Shown here piece after piece: positions 10,601-23,300 of a stretch of 64,000 bases of DNA; position 1 is the stretch's first letter; each line of letters begins with the position of its first letter. The stretch lies in assembly GCA_964424075.1 (NCBI GenBank), contig CAYRGY010000005.1, positions 48,424-112,423 of the forward strand, in the 5' to 3' direction. The notes below the pieces were generated by a model. It made no database searches, was not told the origin of the DNA, and was given only the letters and a program-made list of their open reading frames with translations. The translations under genes and the position numbers were made by a program. The stretch is from an uncultured Candidatus Peribacteria bacterium (lineage in GTDB: Bacteria; Patescibacteriota; Gracilibacteria; UBA1369).

Positions 10601-11304
10601 TTGATATCGGAAAAGTTGAAAACTTTCAATTTAGTCCACCAAGTCGATTTGATTTTGTACTAAATTGGAGAGGTCTCCGTGATGGTGCCGGTGATCCGGA
10701 AGTCCATGCTGATGTGAAGCCCGACGGTACAATTGCCTATCGAATCAAGAGGCGTTTCGCCGGTGTCGATGGCAGTGATGTTAGAACCGGAACAGTAGCC
10801 AATCCCGACCAATTATTCCGCACTTTGCGACACAATAAGCGTTGGTGTGAGAAATATCGTAAAAACAGACGTCGCCGACCTGAAGTGTTGGAAAGTGAAA
10901 AATTCCTCTATGCTATCACCGAATATAAAGAATGGGCCCAACACGAATCTTCAATTGGAAGAGTTTATGACATGAGTACTACCACCAGTCATGGATACGC
11001 CTCATTACATTTAGATTGGGCCAATGCAGGACATCAGGAGAAAAGCCACAGATCATGCCTTAATCCGCATTTACAGGTCAAACTACTGCCGAACGGACGA
11101 TTCCAATACAAGATTAACCGATTCTACAGTCCAAGTCATCGACAGGAACATTACGGAACCTCAGGTACTGTTGATTCTTATGACCAATTGATTAACACAA
11201 TCGGAAATATCCGAAGCAATCCTGACGCTTATCTAAAAACGCCTTATGATCAGCTTCCTGTCTGGGAATATGAATCATGGCATAAGCCGGCGAACCCATT
11301 TTAA
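7609..11304 (+). CDS. giant hypothetical protein (1231 aa) with an SH3-like segment, a Pro/Gly linker and a triplicated C-terminal module
   Basis: Uninterrupted 3.7-kb ORF with no signal peptide or TM. Segment VNTHSSRSLITRDANGKFTGKTLRNGTTVTRGV...QITHDGQKYWVSEECLE resembles bacterial SH3. PGPGPSPGPSPGPSPGPSPGPEPGPEP linker. Repeated motif xDGxxxYxI... Confidence 0.
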   Translation: MLFRSNWKNPQVSLLASRLAYFHNPNTPKRFQTLIKGQDISDQYKDNREWRKKALMDDIHDQSLHIKSKEDITNYFKGKAEKRSKEGLNWAMYQLKFQDNGTRVTMDQLLNDSSTNVDAQKLLDETKAILEQEIEAAVEEYYKDRTANVNQTVQDLGIVPPSPEDVPAETSNPHSEVVRRAIERRREIHAQGQERRREFNTWSYQHDANQIREATNPKGPNDEIGTYDRWWSDSPESATRHRLNGYLFALYHMNGGGVEGQEAWQGGFDKAVELASTGDRLIFKKSKNLFSRVFKMKELMSMIGESSLSAEQAKEYSDSEEVKGMMISMMAIAEKQLKPYDKELQEYRNHLYSKFDEVKQFKFDNTLDDESRAAKQLDVLFRIKAPFEYFGDNLEMQPNFESHLRYIEDITDPKTGGVEVNGKKFRINDYAAEGYLYDSQETEDKNRNLFQGYLLGTYIFYGQNSHGLDQVHHKYAYVKKQVVDPTWYNVLDDESFRAGVFDEGQYSDYTQNSKHIRIKFAIATLFNMTDSPDGFNLQHMFKGDRKKQRDYRTYLEKKTAEFDPNQDEETQLRMLATIKGPDDFEKVPERDDEKPFLEDIHKLTEQNRYFRFQEQSKLFDYLKRGVMAPYPNIQAVEAQVAKQTHDYYNQRSVKIPHEINGRFDYLKKLNDALKDKGLDAERMKDLERQSRDVKRKLRDQAGITGHNNLKDILDSGHMKNMEEVESANYKLVEQLDQEIARLSSKEHLGEEDPVAPVAPEDPYHKEWPNAREVESYFKDYVGPLKVNTHSSRSLITRDANGKFTGKTLRNGTTVTRGVDDATVKAKQVHNTVFIQITHDGQKYWVSEECLEYPQAESGPKPVPPGPGPSPGPSPGPSPGPSPGPEPGPEPAPEVIPTGTETMSIYDAILVRATNETATPPYRTNLRLRINDKISNSVIQKHSDGSYSLSYNIADISGQKVYRSLEEMKAALEEGKFYQDVHIEILRNKAKWEVHDSKFDIGKVENFQFSPPSRFDFVLNWRGLRDGAGDPEVHADVKPDGTIAYRIKRRFAGVDGSDVRTGTVANPDQLFRTLRHNKRWCEKYRKNRRRRPEVLESEKFLYAITEYKEWAQHESSIGRVYDMSTTTSHGYASLHLDWANAGHQEKSHRSCLNPHLQVKLLPNGRFQYKINRFYSPSHRQEHYGTSGTVDSYDQLINTIGNIRSNPDAYLKTPYDQLPVWEYESWHKPANPF

Positions 11305-14300
11305 AAGCCGAATTGCACTATATTCAAGCGGTCTGAACACTCTTTCTTGAGCAGGCATATAGTCAAATTGTTCTCCACCGAACTTAAGTTTGAACTGTGT
11401 GACGCCGGCCCAAGCATGACGAGGATTATTTTCCGGTGCAATTCCCAGAAAATCATACCATTTCAGCCCCATTTTCCTGGCATCTTGCATCGCTTCCCAC
11501 TGTAATAGATATGGAGCCATAACATTACGATGCATATTCCCTGAAGCTCCGAAATAGTAGATTGCCGTATCTCTAAAAAACGTCACTATAGTAGCAGCAA
11601 TGACATCTCCTTCATAATCCGCCAAATACAGTCTCACCTTTTCCGGGCCCAAAATCTTCAGCATCTGGCGATAGTATTCTTTATCATGTCCGCTAAAACC
11701 GTCTCGCGATGTTGTATCAGTCAAAAGTCGATAAAAATACTCAATATCCTCTTCCGGATGTTTCGATGCTGCCACTGTAACCCCCTTTTTTTCAGCCAAA
11801 CGAATATTATAGCGTCCTTTTGGCTTCATTTGAGCCATAATATTCTCTTCAGAATTGTTCAAATCCACCATTAGAGTATTTTCCGGCTGATAATGCGCAT
11901 GAGCACTATAAAAACCGTTAAAAACTCGGGTATCTGCCGGTAAGGCAGGATCTATCCGCCAAAAAACCGCTTTTTCTCGACGAGCAATTTCCCTTACTTT
12001 TCCACATAAAAAACTGAAATTATCGCTACTATAATCAACCAGTGGACCCCTGGGGCAGTAAAGCCAGCATCTTCCGGCCGGCAGTTTCTGCCGTATAATT
12101 AATGCTGAAGCAATAATCCTTCCATCCTCTTCAATCACGATCGGCCAAAATTTATCTCGTGCAGCGCTTTTGCTTTGGAATTCGCCCCACTCCCAACTTT
12201 GATGAATAGAACCCAATTCATGCGCTTCTACAAAAGCATTATAAGCATCTTTAGCGCTTGCATGTTCTAATATTCTGACTACTTTTTCCAATTTAAGTAT
12301 TTTATTTTAAGACAAAATGTAGTATAAACATTAAAGAATGCTGATGATAGTTGATTTTTATGCGAAAATTTGCTATCATTAATAGAAATAAAAATCTTAA
12401 CAAGATAAAACATGTTAAAACAAAAACTTGCCAAGTATGGTGCTGGCATAACTACAGCTTTAGGAAGTTTTCTCTATAGCTACACAGTTTTCGCTCAAGG
12501 AACCGGATTTATCAATCCTGGTGACAGTCCTCAAAGAGTAGCAGCTGCTACCGGAGGTGAAAGCTCTGCCAGAGCGTTAATCCTTACCATTGTTAACTTT
12601 TTCCTAGGATTCCTCGGACTTCTAGCAGTACTTCTGGTTATTTACGGAGGTATTATGGTGCTAACATCCGGTGGTGAACCTGAAAAAGCTAAGAAAGGTA
12701 AAACCATTCTACTTTACGCAGTTATCGGTATTGTGATCATTCTACTATCATTCGCTTTCGTCAACACAATCCTTGGTGCTGGTACAGGACAAGATGCATA
12801 AGACTACCTAGACAAAAAATAAGGACCCATCTATTGGTGGGTCTTTTTTGTATGTGATAAAATATTGACAAAACAGGCTTAATATACGATTATACACCAC
12901 TAAAACCCTACCATGAACAAACCTGGAGATAATAGAGACTTACAGACTGAATTGTCAGCTCTTGAGCAAAATGAAGAGAATATTCGCTATGCTGCTCTCA
13001 TCCCTACTTCCATGGGTTATTTGTTGGGACGAGAAGTGAAAAAACGGATTATAAACAATAGAATTAAAGAGCATAATCATGCCTTTAGGCAGACTCAGAA
13101 TGATCTGGGTTTGTCTCGACCCAAAGAATTTGAGGGCAATGATAGGGAATCTAGCAGCCAAGATGCTTATCAGATACTACTCGCAAGTTTCCATGACTTA
13201 ATGGAGGAAAAACAAATAATTAAAGAAATTACTGCCAATGGTATTTATACATTGCCCGGAGGAAGAATGAATCCCGAAGATGGTGGTGATCCGGTTGAAA
13301 CAATCAAAAGGGAAATCAAAGAGGAATTTCGTATGAGTGTTGTTAATGCTGATCTAGTTGACATTTTTCATACCGAGGATGATTTAGATCCTCAAAAAAA
13401 TTGGTATCATGCCATCTATCTTGCCCAAGTAAAAGACCTTTTCCTCAGTTTTGATCCGGAAGCAAAATCCCGACAGGAGGAAAGATCTGAAAAATACACT
13501 ATGAGAGGAATAGGCTTTTTAAACACAGATTTTGATCCATCAAACCATCATTTTTGCATGTACTATCAAGATCATGTTGTCAAGATTTATCAAAGAATCT
13601 TCGATGTTATTGAAAATGTACGCAAGGCACCTAAAATTCAACAAATAATGGGTGTATATGGAGATAAAAGACAGGAGTTTGCCTGCAAATTAAGTGTTAA
13701 TAAGGAATTGATTGAAGCTTGGTTCCGCCAAAGAGTAAAAATGAGTAGAGGAAAAGACAACCCCGAACGTATTCCCCCTTTAGATTTCCGTCTACCCAAT
13801 TATCGCATCAATTCTGATGGCAGAGCCTCAGAAATATTTTCTGATATAAGCAGCATGTCAGATCTCCCACCAGCACCACCTTCCACCAATCCTCCTCGCT
13901 CTCCCAGAGAAGAAATGGACAGTTTTATTGGTTTCAGAGAGGCATTTGAGCAGGAATTGGACCTAGTGGTATTCGGTAGAGATTCAGCTTCAGAGCAAAA
14001 CGTTCTCGATTTTTTACTTCCAAAATATCCTACTCCTAAATCTGAGTAGTATACCAACTGGTCGGGGTGAGAGGGCTCGAACCTCCGACCTCATGGTCCC
14101 AAACCATGCGCGCTAGCCAACTGCGCCACACCCCGCTATATGCAATTTCGCACCGCACTTCGCCTGCGCTCATGCGTAGCCACTGAATTTTAGGGCAAGC
14201 CGCTATAAGAGTCAAATCTATTCTAATTGTAATTTTAGGGCTATTTATGAGAGAATATGCTCATGCAGGAATTAGCGAGCCAAATCAGAAACAAGCCATT

Positions 14301-17300
14301 AATTTCTTTGGAAGAAAAGCCTCTTGCTACTATCAGACGTCCACTTTTTAACATTCAAAATGGTCAGGTCTTGGCCTTTTTGATTAATCAGCCTCAAGCA
14401 AACATCTTGGTTCCGCTTGATATCAAACATTGGCGCAAAGATTTTGTTCAGTTGGAACACGACTATGAATTTCATACTATCGATGAAATAGTCAGACTTA
14501 GTCAGGCCAATAGCTTAAATAACCGCATCCTAGGCAAAAAAGTAAAAACTGAATCCGGCCAATTTTTAGGATATGTTACTGATTATTTGGTAGATACTCG
14601 AAAATACTTTTTAACCAGTATTTTTATTCATCGCAAACTTCTCGGTATATTAAAAGTTTCACGAAAAATAGTTTCCATAAAGTCAATAGTTGAAATTACC
14701 GCCAATTGGATAATCGTGCGGGATTCCCACCAAATAAAAGTGAATTTTCTGAAGAAAAAAACAGCCAATTGGGAAAATCAACCAGCCTAATTCCTTTGAA
14801 TAATTAAATCCTGCAAGTCGTACATCTGCTCATATTCCGCTTCTGATTGATGATCCAAACCGATAATATGCAAAAATCCATGGATAAATAGGAATAATAG
14901 CTCTGATTTTAGATTATTTTTTAACTTTTTAGCCTGATTCCTCGCCGTATCCATCGAGATTACTATTTGTCCAATTAAATCACTATGGCCGGGAAATTGC
15001 CTTTCACGCATAAAAGAAAATGACAGCACATCTGTCGGCTTATTCTTATTATTATATATATAATTCAATTGCTGAATATCATCATCATCAGTTATTACCA
15101 ACTCAATTATCCCCGTCTTAAGTCCATAGAATTGCTTCAATTCTGCCAACTCTTTTGCTTCTGCAATCACTTGCAAAGCCTTTCTCAAAACGGCCTCAAA
15201 TTCCCGATTTTTCAGATAGCATGGCTCTACTCTTTTGATGTCCAACTTAATGATTTGCATAAAATTGTTCAGAAATTTTATAAAGACATACAGCTAGGGC
15301 ATTAGATACATTAAGTGAATTAGCCCTTCCTCTCATAGGAATAAAGATTGCCTGATCTACATATTTCATAACTTCATCACTCACTCCCTCCACTTCATTT
15401 CCGATTATAAGCGCTAACGGAAACTGATATTCTAGCTGGTCATATTGTATCTTTTGGTCAGTTATTTCCAGCGCATATATTTTTAGTCCCCTTTTCTTGA
15501 GACTTCGCACACATTCTTCGCTGGACTCAAAATATTCAAATTCCACTGTATTCGTAGCACCCAGGGCCACTTTCTCAATTTCCACATTGGGAGGGCAACC
15601 GCTGATGCCACAAAGGCAGATTTTCTCCAATAAAACTGCATCAGAAGTACGAAATATCGATCCCAAATTATAGAGACTTCTTATATTGTCAGCCACAACA
15701 GTAACAGGCATTTTGGCCTTACTTTTGACCTCTTCAATGCTTGGCTTGGAGTTTTGAATCTCCTGAAAGGTTAACTTGCGCGCTATCTGTCTCACCGTTA
15801 TTTGCTAAATATACATTGGTGTTTTCCAGCATAATCTGAAGTTCTTGAGCAGTTATACCCTGGTCGGGATTAAAACTCCCGCTTGTTGAGATTATTTGCT
15901 TTTCTGCACCTGCCACAATATATCTGGCTTTCCACCATTCGTCCAAGCTAGTTGCTAAATTGGCCACCAATTGCATGGATTCTGAACTAGCTGCCAATTG
16001 ATTGTAGCTATTCTCCAATCCTAACCATTCTTGACTCATTTCAAATTTTTCCCTCCAGGAAATCAAATCAGCAGCGCCCATCACTATTTTTAAAGCTTCC
16101 ACTTTAGTAATCCCATTTTGTGGCTTGAAAGGGCTATTTGTCTCGGCATAGTAGCCACTAATTAAGCCCAATTTAGTCGCCAAATTAATTGACTGATAAG
16201 CCGGATGGGCAGGATAGACATCCGGAAAAAGAATTAGCGGCTCCATTCTATATTCAACAAAATCTGTCCTGGCCAGAAAATCAAACAAACAAAATTCCAA
16301 TTCAATATCACAACTTTGCAAATAATCACCCCTTCTAGTTTCAAGCTCAAAATACTTCACTATCTGATCGACAGCCTCTCCCCTATTCAGCATAACTTGA
16401 GCCTGTGCTGCATAAACTGGAAATAATACGGTCAACAATACTACTATAGTCTGTATTATATTTTTTATTTTCATTTCATAATAAGTGACCTGACAATTAT
16501 ATAAGTCCTCAAGCCATAAAACAAGATAATAACAGTATCAATGTCAAAACTGTCTACTGATACTTATCAGATTTTGTCTACGCAGTAGACATTTAAGTTT
16601 TATTTATAATAAAACGAATTTAGATTTTAGTGTCGACAAGGTAGACAATCTCAAGTCGACAGCTTTGTCCAGTCTATAGACACAAGTTGTCAGTCTATTC
16701 TTCAAAAAGCTTATTAAAAAGCCAAAAAGATTCTAATTTTACCATAGCTTGTCACTGTCTACTTCAGCGACAAATGTCTATAGACAAGTAGACAATTGTC
16801 TATAGACAAAGTTAAATATGGCTGAATTAAAATAAATATAAGTAGACACTTGTCTATAGACAAGTGGACAATTGTCTTGTTATAATCTGGACGAATAACA
16901 TCCAAATGGAAGTATTAGATCGCAAGCAGGCAGCTAAGTTACTCAACCTATCAATTCGAACTGTTGATAGATATATCAAAAGTAGCAAATTTCCTATCAA
17001 GAATATTGGTGGACGGGTTTTTATACATCTCAAAGATCTTCAACCGATTCTCAAGCAAAAGGGGATTACTCCAAGAACAGGGGACTTCAAGCAGCCTGTT
17101 AAGTCAAATCTTATTACAACAGATATTCCGATCAATGATGAGAATGTACCTGATCCCAAAAGCAAACCAGAATCCAAGGCGGTCTACAGAAAGTTGTTTG
17201 AAGAATTGCAAGAAGAGCTAAAGAGTAAGCAAAAGCAACTTGAAGGAGCGAATTATCGTGTAGGTCAATTAGAGGGGATGCTCAAGGAAAGTGTACCATT

Positions 17301-20300
17301 GCTGGACTACAAAAAGGCTATGCTCAAAGAGCAAGAAAAGAGAGAAAGTCTTGAAACAGTTATTAAAGACTTCGAGGATGAAACCGAAAAGTTGTTAATT
17401 GATTTTAGTAACAAGCAAAACGAGCTTAAACAAGTTGATTATAAGCTTAGCCAGGAACGTCTTAACAAGCGGGTTTTCCTGATAATACTAATTATTCTGT
17501 TTCTATTGCAGCCACTTTGGTTAATCTTTCCACTAACTTAATTTACGGAGATTTCCATATTGGTTTGTTTTTCAATTTCGATTTGATGCTCAGGCAGAAA
17601 TTTATTTATTCTATCAACAAAACCTCCGCTTTGATTTAAAGCTGAATACAATACGTCAGTATCACCAATGGCTTTAATTTCATAAGGTGGAATAATCATT
17701 TCTTCTCCAAACAAGATCTGCCCATTAGGCATATTGTCAAAGCCCAGATAAGGGTCAGCATAACGTTTTCCATTAATACTAATTACTTCTGCCCCAGATG
17801 TGTAAAGCTCGTTTATTAAGTCAGTAAACCATAAAGCCTGTAAATTTTGATCAATACTAATCAGTACACCTTGCCCTTTCACATCAATTTCACCTAAAAG
17901 AATTTGATATAATTCTCGTTGCTTTTTCAAATTGGCAATAGCATTCTCCCTGTCACTACCTTTCTTTTTTTCTTCTTCTAATTTATCAATCTGCATCCTC
18001 AAGTCTTCATTACTTTGCAGCAGCACCTCAATTTCTTTAAAAATATTAATTCTTACTTCACGATTGACTCTTTGCGTAGCTTCATTCACTGACTTAGACT
18101 GAAACACAAAAGCAGTACCGATTATTAATCCGATGGTAAGTAGAATTCCGTATTGTATCCATTTTTTATTTACTTTTGGCATGATCAAGAATAAAATTAC
18201 CGTCAAATACTGAAATAACCAGACTGTCTTTACGTTCAGCATTAAACTCGATCTTGCCATCCTGAATACGTTTGTATAAGTCAGGATAGGCGTTTTGATC
18301 GCTTAGGCGCTTTAAAATCATTTGCACGTCTCCAACAGTTTTGATTGTATAAGGCTTGGCAATTCTGGTTCTGTTTACCAAAATTGTATTTCCAATAGAG
18401 TTTATTGAACTGGAGCTGACAATCCGTTGATTATTAATCATTATTGCTTCGACATTAGCGGTTCTAAGCACATTGACCAAATCTCTCAGGTCTGCTGCAT
18501 AAATCAGAGAGGCTTCATCTTCACCGGCTTCATTTAAGGTAATTTCTACGCCACTACCGGCAATTCTGGATAGCCCCAAAACATCTTTCATGGCATCCAA
18601 TTTCCCGATTAACCCTGTTTCATTACCTAAGTCCAGTTGTTTGCTCTGTTCATCAATTTGCAAACGCAAATTGGCTATTTTGGTTTTAAGTAGATTCTGT
18701 TTTTGATCCAAATAACTAATCAAATCAGCCTGTGCATTGATTTCATCAGCTAAATACGTGTTTGCAGAAACCGAGCTTTGAAACTGTGCCACAACCAACA
18801 ATCCAATCAAAAAGCCGGAAACTATAAAGCTTATTACAAATACCTGGTCGGAATTGAGGCTCTTAACAAACTTAATCATGAGCTAACTTTACTACAAACC
18901 GTTTAGGCTAACAATTTTATTTGTTTAATATATTGATCAGCCCTATCTTGATAGTCTTTAAACATACCAAAGCTTGGCGAAGCACAAGACAGCAAACATA
19001 CCTTTTCGGTCTTGGTGACATGATAAGCCTTCTCAACACACTCCTGCATCGAATCTGCGAAAAAGTGCCGAGGCAAAAAGTGATCATTTTCTAAAGACTC
19101 ATGATACTGGAAAACTGTTGACCAAATATTTTTACCGCTTTCTGGAAGCAAAATCAGGTTTTCCACGCGCTCCTCCAAAATTACTTTAGCCATCTCCAAA
19201 AAGTCATAGCCCCGATCCTTGCCACCCAAAATTAAAGTATTAATTTTCCCGCTGAAACTTCTTATCCCTGCAATTGTAGATTCGGGAGTCGTAGACAGTG
19301 AGTCATTGTAAAAATATATTCCGTTATATTCACCCACATATTCCAGTCGATGCTTTAGAGTAGTAAAATTTTCAATCACTTCGTGAATGATTTCTTGATC
19401 TATTTTAAGCTCCTCAGCCACTCTGATAGCGCAAATAATGTTCTCCAGATTATGAGCTCCAATTAGTTTTACTTTGTCTTTATTTAAAATGAAATCCCGT
19501 CCCAAATTAATTTTTCGCACGTGATCATCATGAATTTGTTTAATTAGTAGTCCGTGATCGGTATTTAAAAAGTCAATCTTTCTGGCCTTAACAGTCTTGG
19601 CAAATTCGTTGATTTTAGGATTTCTTCCATTGTAAACGAATAATGAAGTAGCGGGCATATTGCTGAATAAATGCGTTTTAGCCTCAAAATAGTTTTCTTC
19701 AGAACGATGATAATCCAGATGATCGGGAAAAAAACTCAAAAAGATCCCAATATCCGGAAAATAGTTAAAATCTTCCAATTGATAGCTGGATAACTCAAAA
19801 ACATAATACCGATCAGCTCCGTCTGTCTTCAAAAAGTCCAATGCTGAATGTCCGATATTGCCAATCAAGTTTGTATTAAAACCGGCTCTGCGTAGCATTT
19901 CATAAATCAGAGTCGACGTGGTGCTTTTACCTTTTGTACCGGTTACACCGATTATTTTTCCCAAACGATTCTCAAAAAACAATTTGGTATTGGAAGTCAG
20001 AATAGCACCTCTTTCCAAAGCTTTTTCAATTCCATACAGGCGAGGATTAATGCCCGGAGATTTAATAATCATATCATAATCTACCAAGGCATCTAAGTAC
20101 TGTTCTCCCAGATGTAGTTTTAAATTGGCATCTTTTTGAATTAGCTCCTTAACTTCATCGGAAAAACTATCCAACTTCTTTAGGTCTGCCACCCCAATTG
20201 TTTGTTCAGGCATCAATTCACGCAAAAATTTCAAGCTGGAGATTCCTTCCTTTCCCAAACCTAAAATTAAAACTCGGCGATTTTTCAAGTCATCTATTTT

Positions 20301-23300
20301 CATTAGCTGAATTCATAAAGTATAGTTTGAAAATGTTGCGGAATATTGGCGCTACCATGAATTTTCATCACTTCTTCAGTCATTAAATCAAATCTTTCCA
20401 CTTGTGGAGCTAACTCTTTCAGGAACATTTGAATAACTTTGGTATTTTTATAAGCTTTCATTTTACTTGCCAAATTCAATGCTACCAGCATTTCCTCCGG
20501 AGTGCCAACACATTCGAAAGGTTTATGATCTTTAATACCAATTAGCTCCCGGTAGGTGTCAAGCAAAATATCTGCATCAAACAGGTTTTCACCGAATGCA
20601 GCCTGCAATTTCCCCGCATCGATAAATGGAGCCAAAATCGCAAAAACAAATGCACATTTAGGACATTTTCTGCACCACAAAGTCTGACCTTTATCTCTTT
20701 TGATCTTAAAATTGGTATTGCAACTGCTAAACACTTCTAGAAACTTATCCAAATCCTTGCTTGTGCTGAAAATCTTGGCAATTCTAAGCTCATAAAACGG
20801 TCTCAACAGACTGAATACTTTAATTTCCGGACTTACATAAGCTTTTAAATAATCACTCAAATCCTCTTCAAAATCATAGCTTTTGGAGTATTGATGATTT
20901 ATATCATGACCCAAATACATCAATTGACCGAAATCGGCAGATTTCTCTAATGAAAAAATGATGTTCTGATAATCATATAGAATTGCACACACTACAAACA
21001 GGAATGAGAGATAAGCTGTAATAGGAACATGTCCGTTATAAGCCCCTTGATCATTCAATTCAAACAGTAGGGGAGACAGTTCACGATTCAGAATCAGTCG
21101 GAGTTTGCCGATAATTTCTGCAGTATCATTAATTGGTTGCGCATCTCTCAGACTAATTAAAGTAAAATCTTCAGAGCCTCTTTGAAGCATCCCCGCTGAT
21201 ACTAGCGAATCCTTACCCCCGCCGATCGGTAATAAACTCCGTTTTGTTAAACTCAACTCCTCAGGTTTTACTTCATTTATCTCTTTAGAGAAGGGGAATG
21301 CTAAAAGACCTCTGAAATCTATTTGATTTTGATAAAAAAATTCACCCAATCCTCTTTCATAAATTCTGTTCCAAAATACTGCCTGTTCCTGATTCAGCTG
21401 TTGACTGCGCAATTCAATTTGCCTAGGACAATAAGCTTTATAATAGCTAATCCCTGCAATCAAATGTAAATTGTCCAGTGCCAATTTCAAAGCTTTCACA
21501 TTTACCTTATCCCAATTTATACCCTCTGTCGGAAAGGTGACCTTTTCTTCAAATTGTAATTGATCGTCAAAACTAAATCGCATTTTAATCTCTCCTTTTT
21601 CACGATTCAAATCGTAGTCTTCAAAAATAAATTTCTGATAATTTTGTTGTTTAGTCATGACCTACATACTTGCAAAATTCTGCTCAAAAAAAAAGCATTT
21701 TTCATATTTATTAATCTAATCTATGATTGACGCACAGCATTAGATATCGATTAATTAACTAAATTGATTCAGACATTCCACAAAAGTGAGAAATACATAT
21801 TGCTGACTATGGCAGTTTTACTGCTAGTCAGTTTCTTTTTCGATTATTTATTCCTGCAAATTCAGCCCCATAGCATCACTCTGACCGGCTTTTTCCAGTT
21901 TATTTCCGACTCTGGCTTAATCTTGATTCTAACAACTGTGACCACTTTGCTCATTTTCCACCGCAACCACCATTTGCTGCCCATTTTCGCTATCAGTCTG
22001 GCTATTGCCTTTGAATTAGCTTATCTCGGCAAAGTGCTCTTTCAGATTCCCCGCCCCGAGGGACTAGTTTTGGCTGAAGGTTACTCCTTTCCCAGCATTC
22101 ACACAGCGCTTTGCATAGCTATAATTCCATTTTTACACTTTCTCAAAACCCGCAAAATCTTCAAAATATTGCTGATTGTTAGCCTTTTCTTAATTATTTA
22201 CAGTCGGCTTTATCTGGGCGTTCACACGCTTTCAGATTTGCTGGCCGGTGGAATTATCGGCTATATCAGCGCTAAAAGCATCTTTTATCTGGAGAAGAAT
22301 CATCACCTTACCGATTGGCTCTTTTTTCACATCAAGGACAAACTTGAAATGCGCCGTCAGATAGCTCATTTGTTGATTGGTTTGAGCGTAGTTTTGCTTG
22401 TACACTATGGTTTGATCAACAGCGGCGTTATTTTTGCCATGCTGGTGTTCGGAGCTATCGTGGTGATCCTACAGAAAAAATATCATCTGCCCATTACCAC
22501 TTATTTGCTGCAAACTTTTGAACGTCCCCATGACCTGGAAAAATTTCCCGGCAAGGGCGCATTTTTTCTACTTTTCGGAGCATTTGTAGCTTTAGAATTG
22601 TTTCCGCAAAATATTGCACTGGCCGCTATAACCATTATGGCTATAGGAGATTCAGTATCACATTTAATCGGTCGCTATGTCGGTCGCATAAATGTCCCTT
22701 TCCGCAAACACAAGAAGTTGGAGGGAATAATCATCGCTATTGTTTTCTCCACACTGGGTGCGATGTACTTTGTCAGTTTTCAAATTGCCTTCACCGCAGC
22801 CTTTTTTGCCATGTTGGTTGAAGCCTATTTACCACAAAAGAAACTTAAATATCTGGATGATAATCTAATCATCCCCTTGGTTGCCGGAGGAATTATGTTA
22901 CTCCTGGTTTAATTGCCGATTTAAATTTGCTTCAGGAGGCGCTTTTCTTTATATTTTGCCTACAATAATATTTTATTCATGTCGGACTCCAATCAAAGCC
23001 CTAATAATGAATTTGCCGAACGACAGCAAAAACTCAAAGATCTGCAGCAAATTAATGAATTAGGCTACAAAGAACGTTTTGAGCGAAACAACTCTGCTCA
23101 ATCGACCAAAACTGATGGTGTAACCAAAGAATTGGATCAAATTTTGGAAGCTCCTAAGGCGGAATTCAGTCTGGCCGGACGGCTAATGCTGATGCGTCCC
23201 CATGGGAAATTGACTTTCGCTCAGCTTCAGGACAAATCGGGTCGTATCCAAATTTGCTTCATGCAGGATGTTCTGGGCAAGGATAAATATAAATTACTCA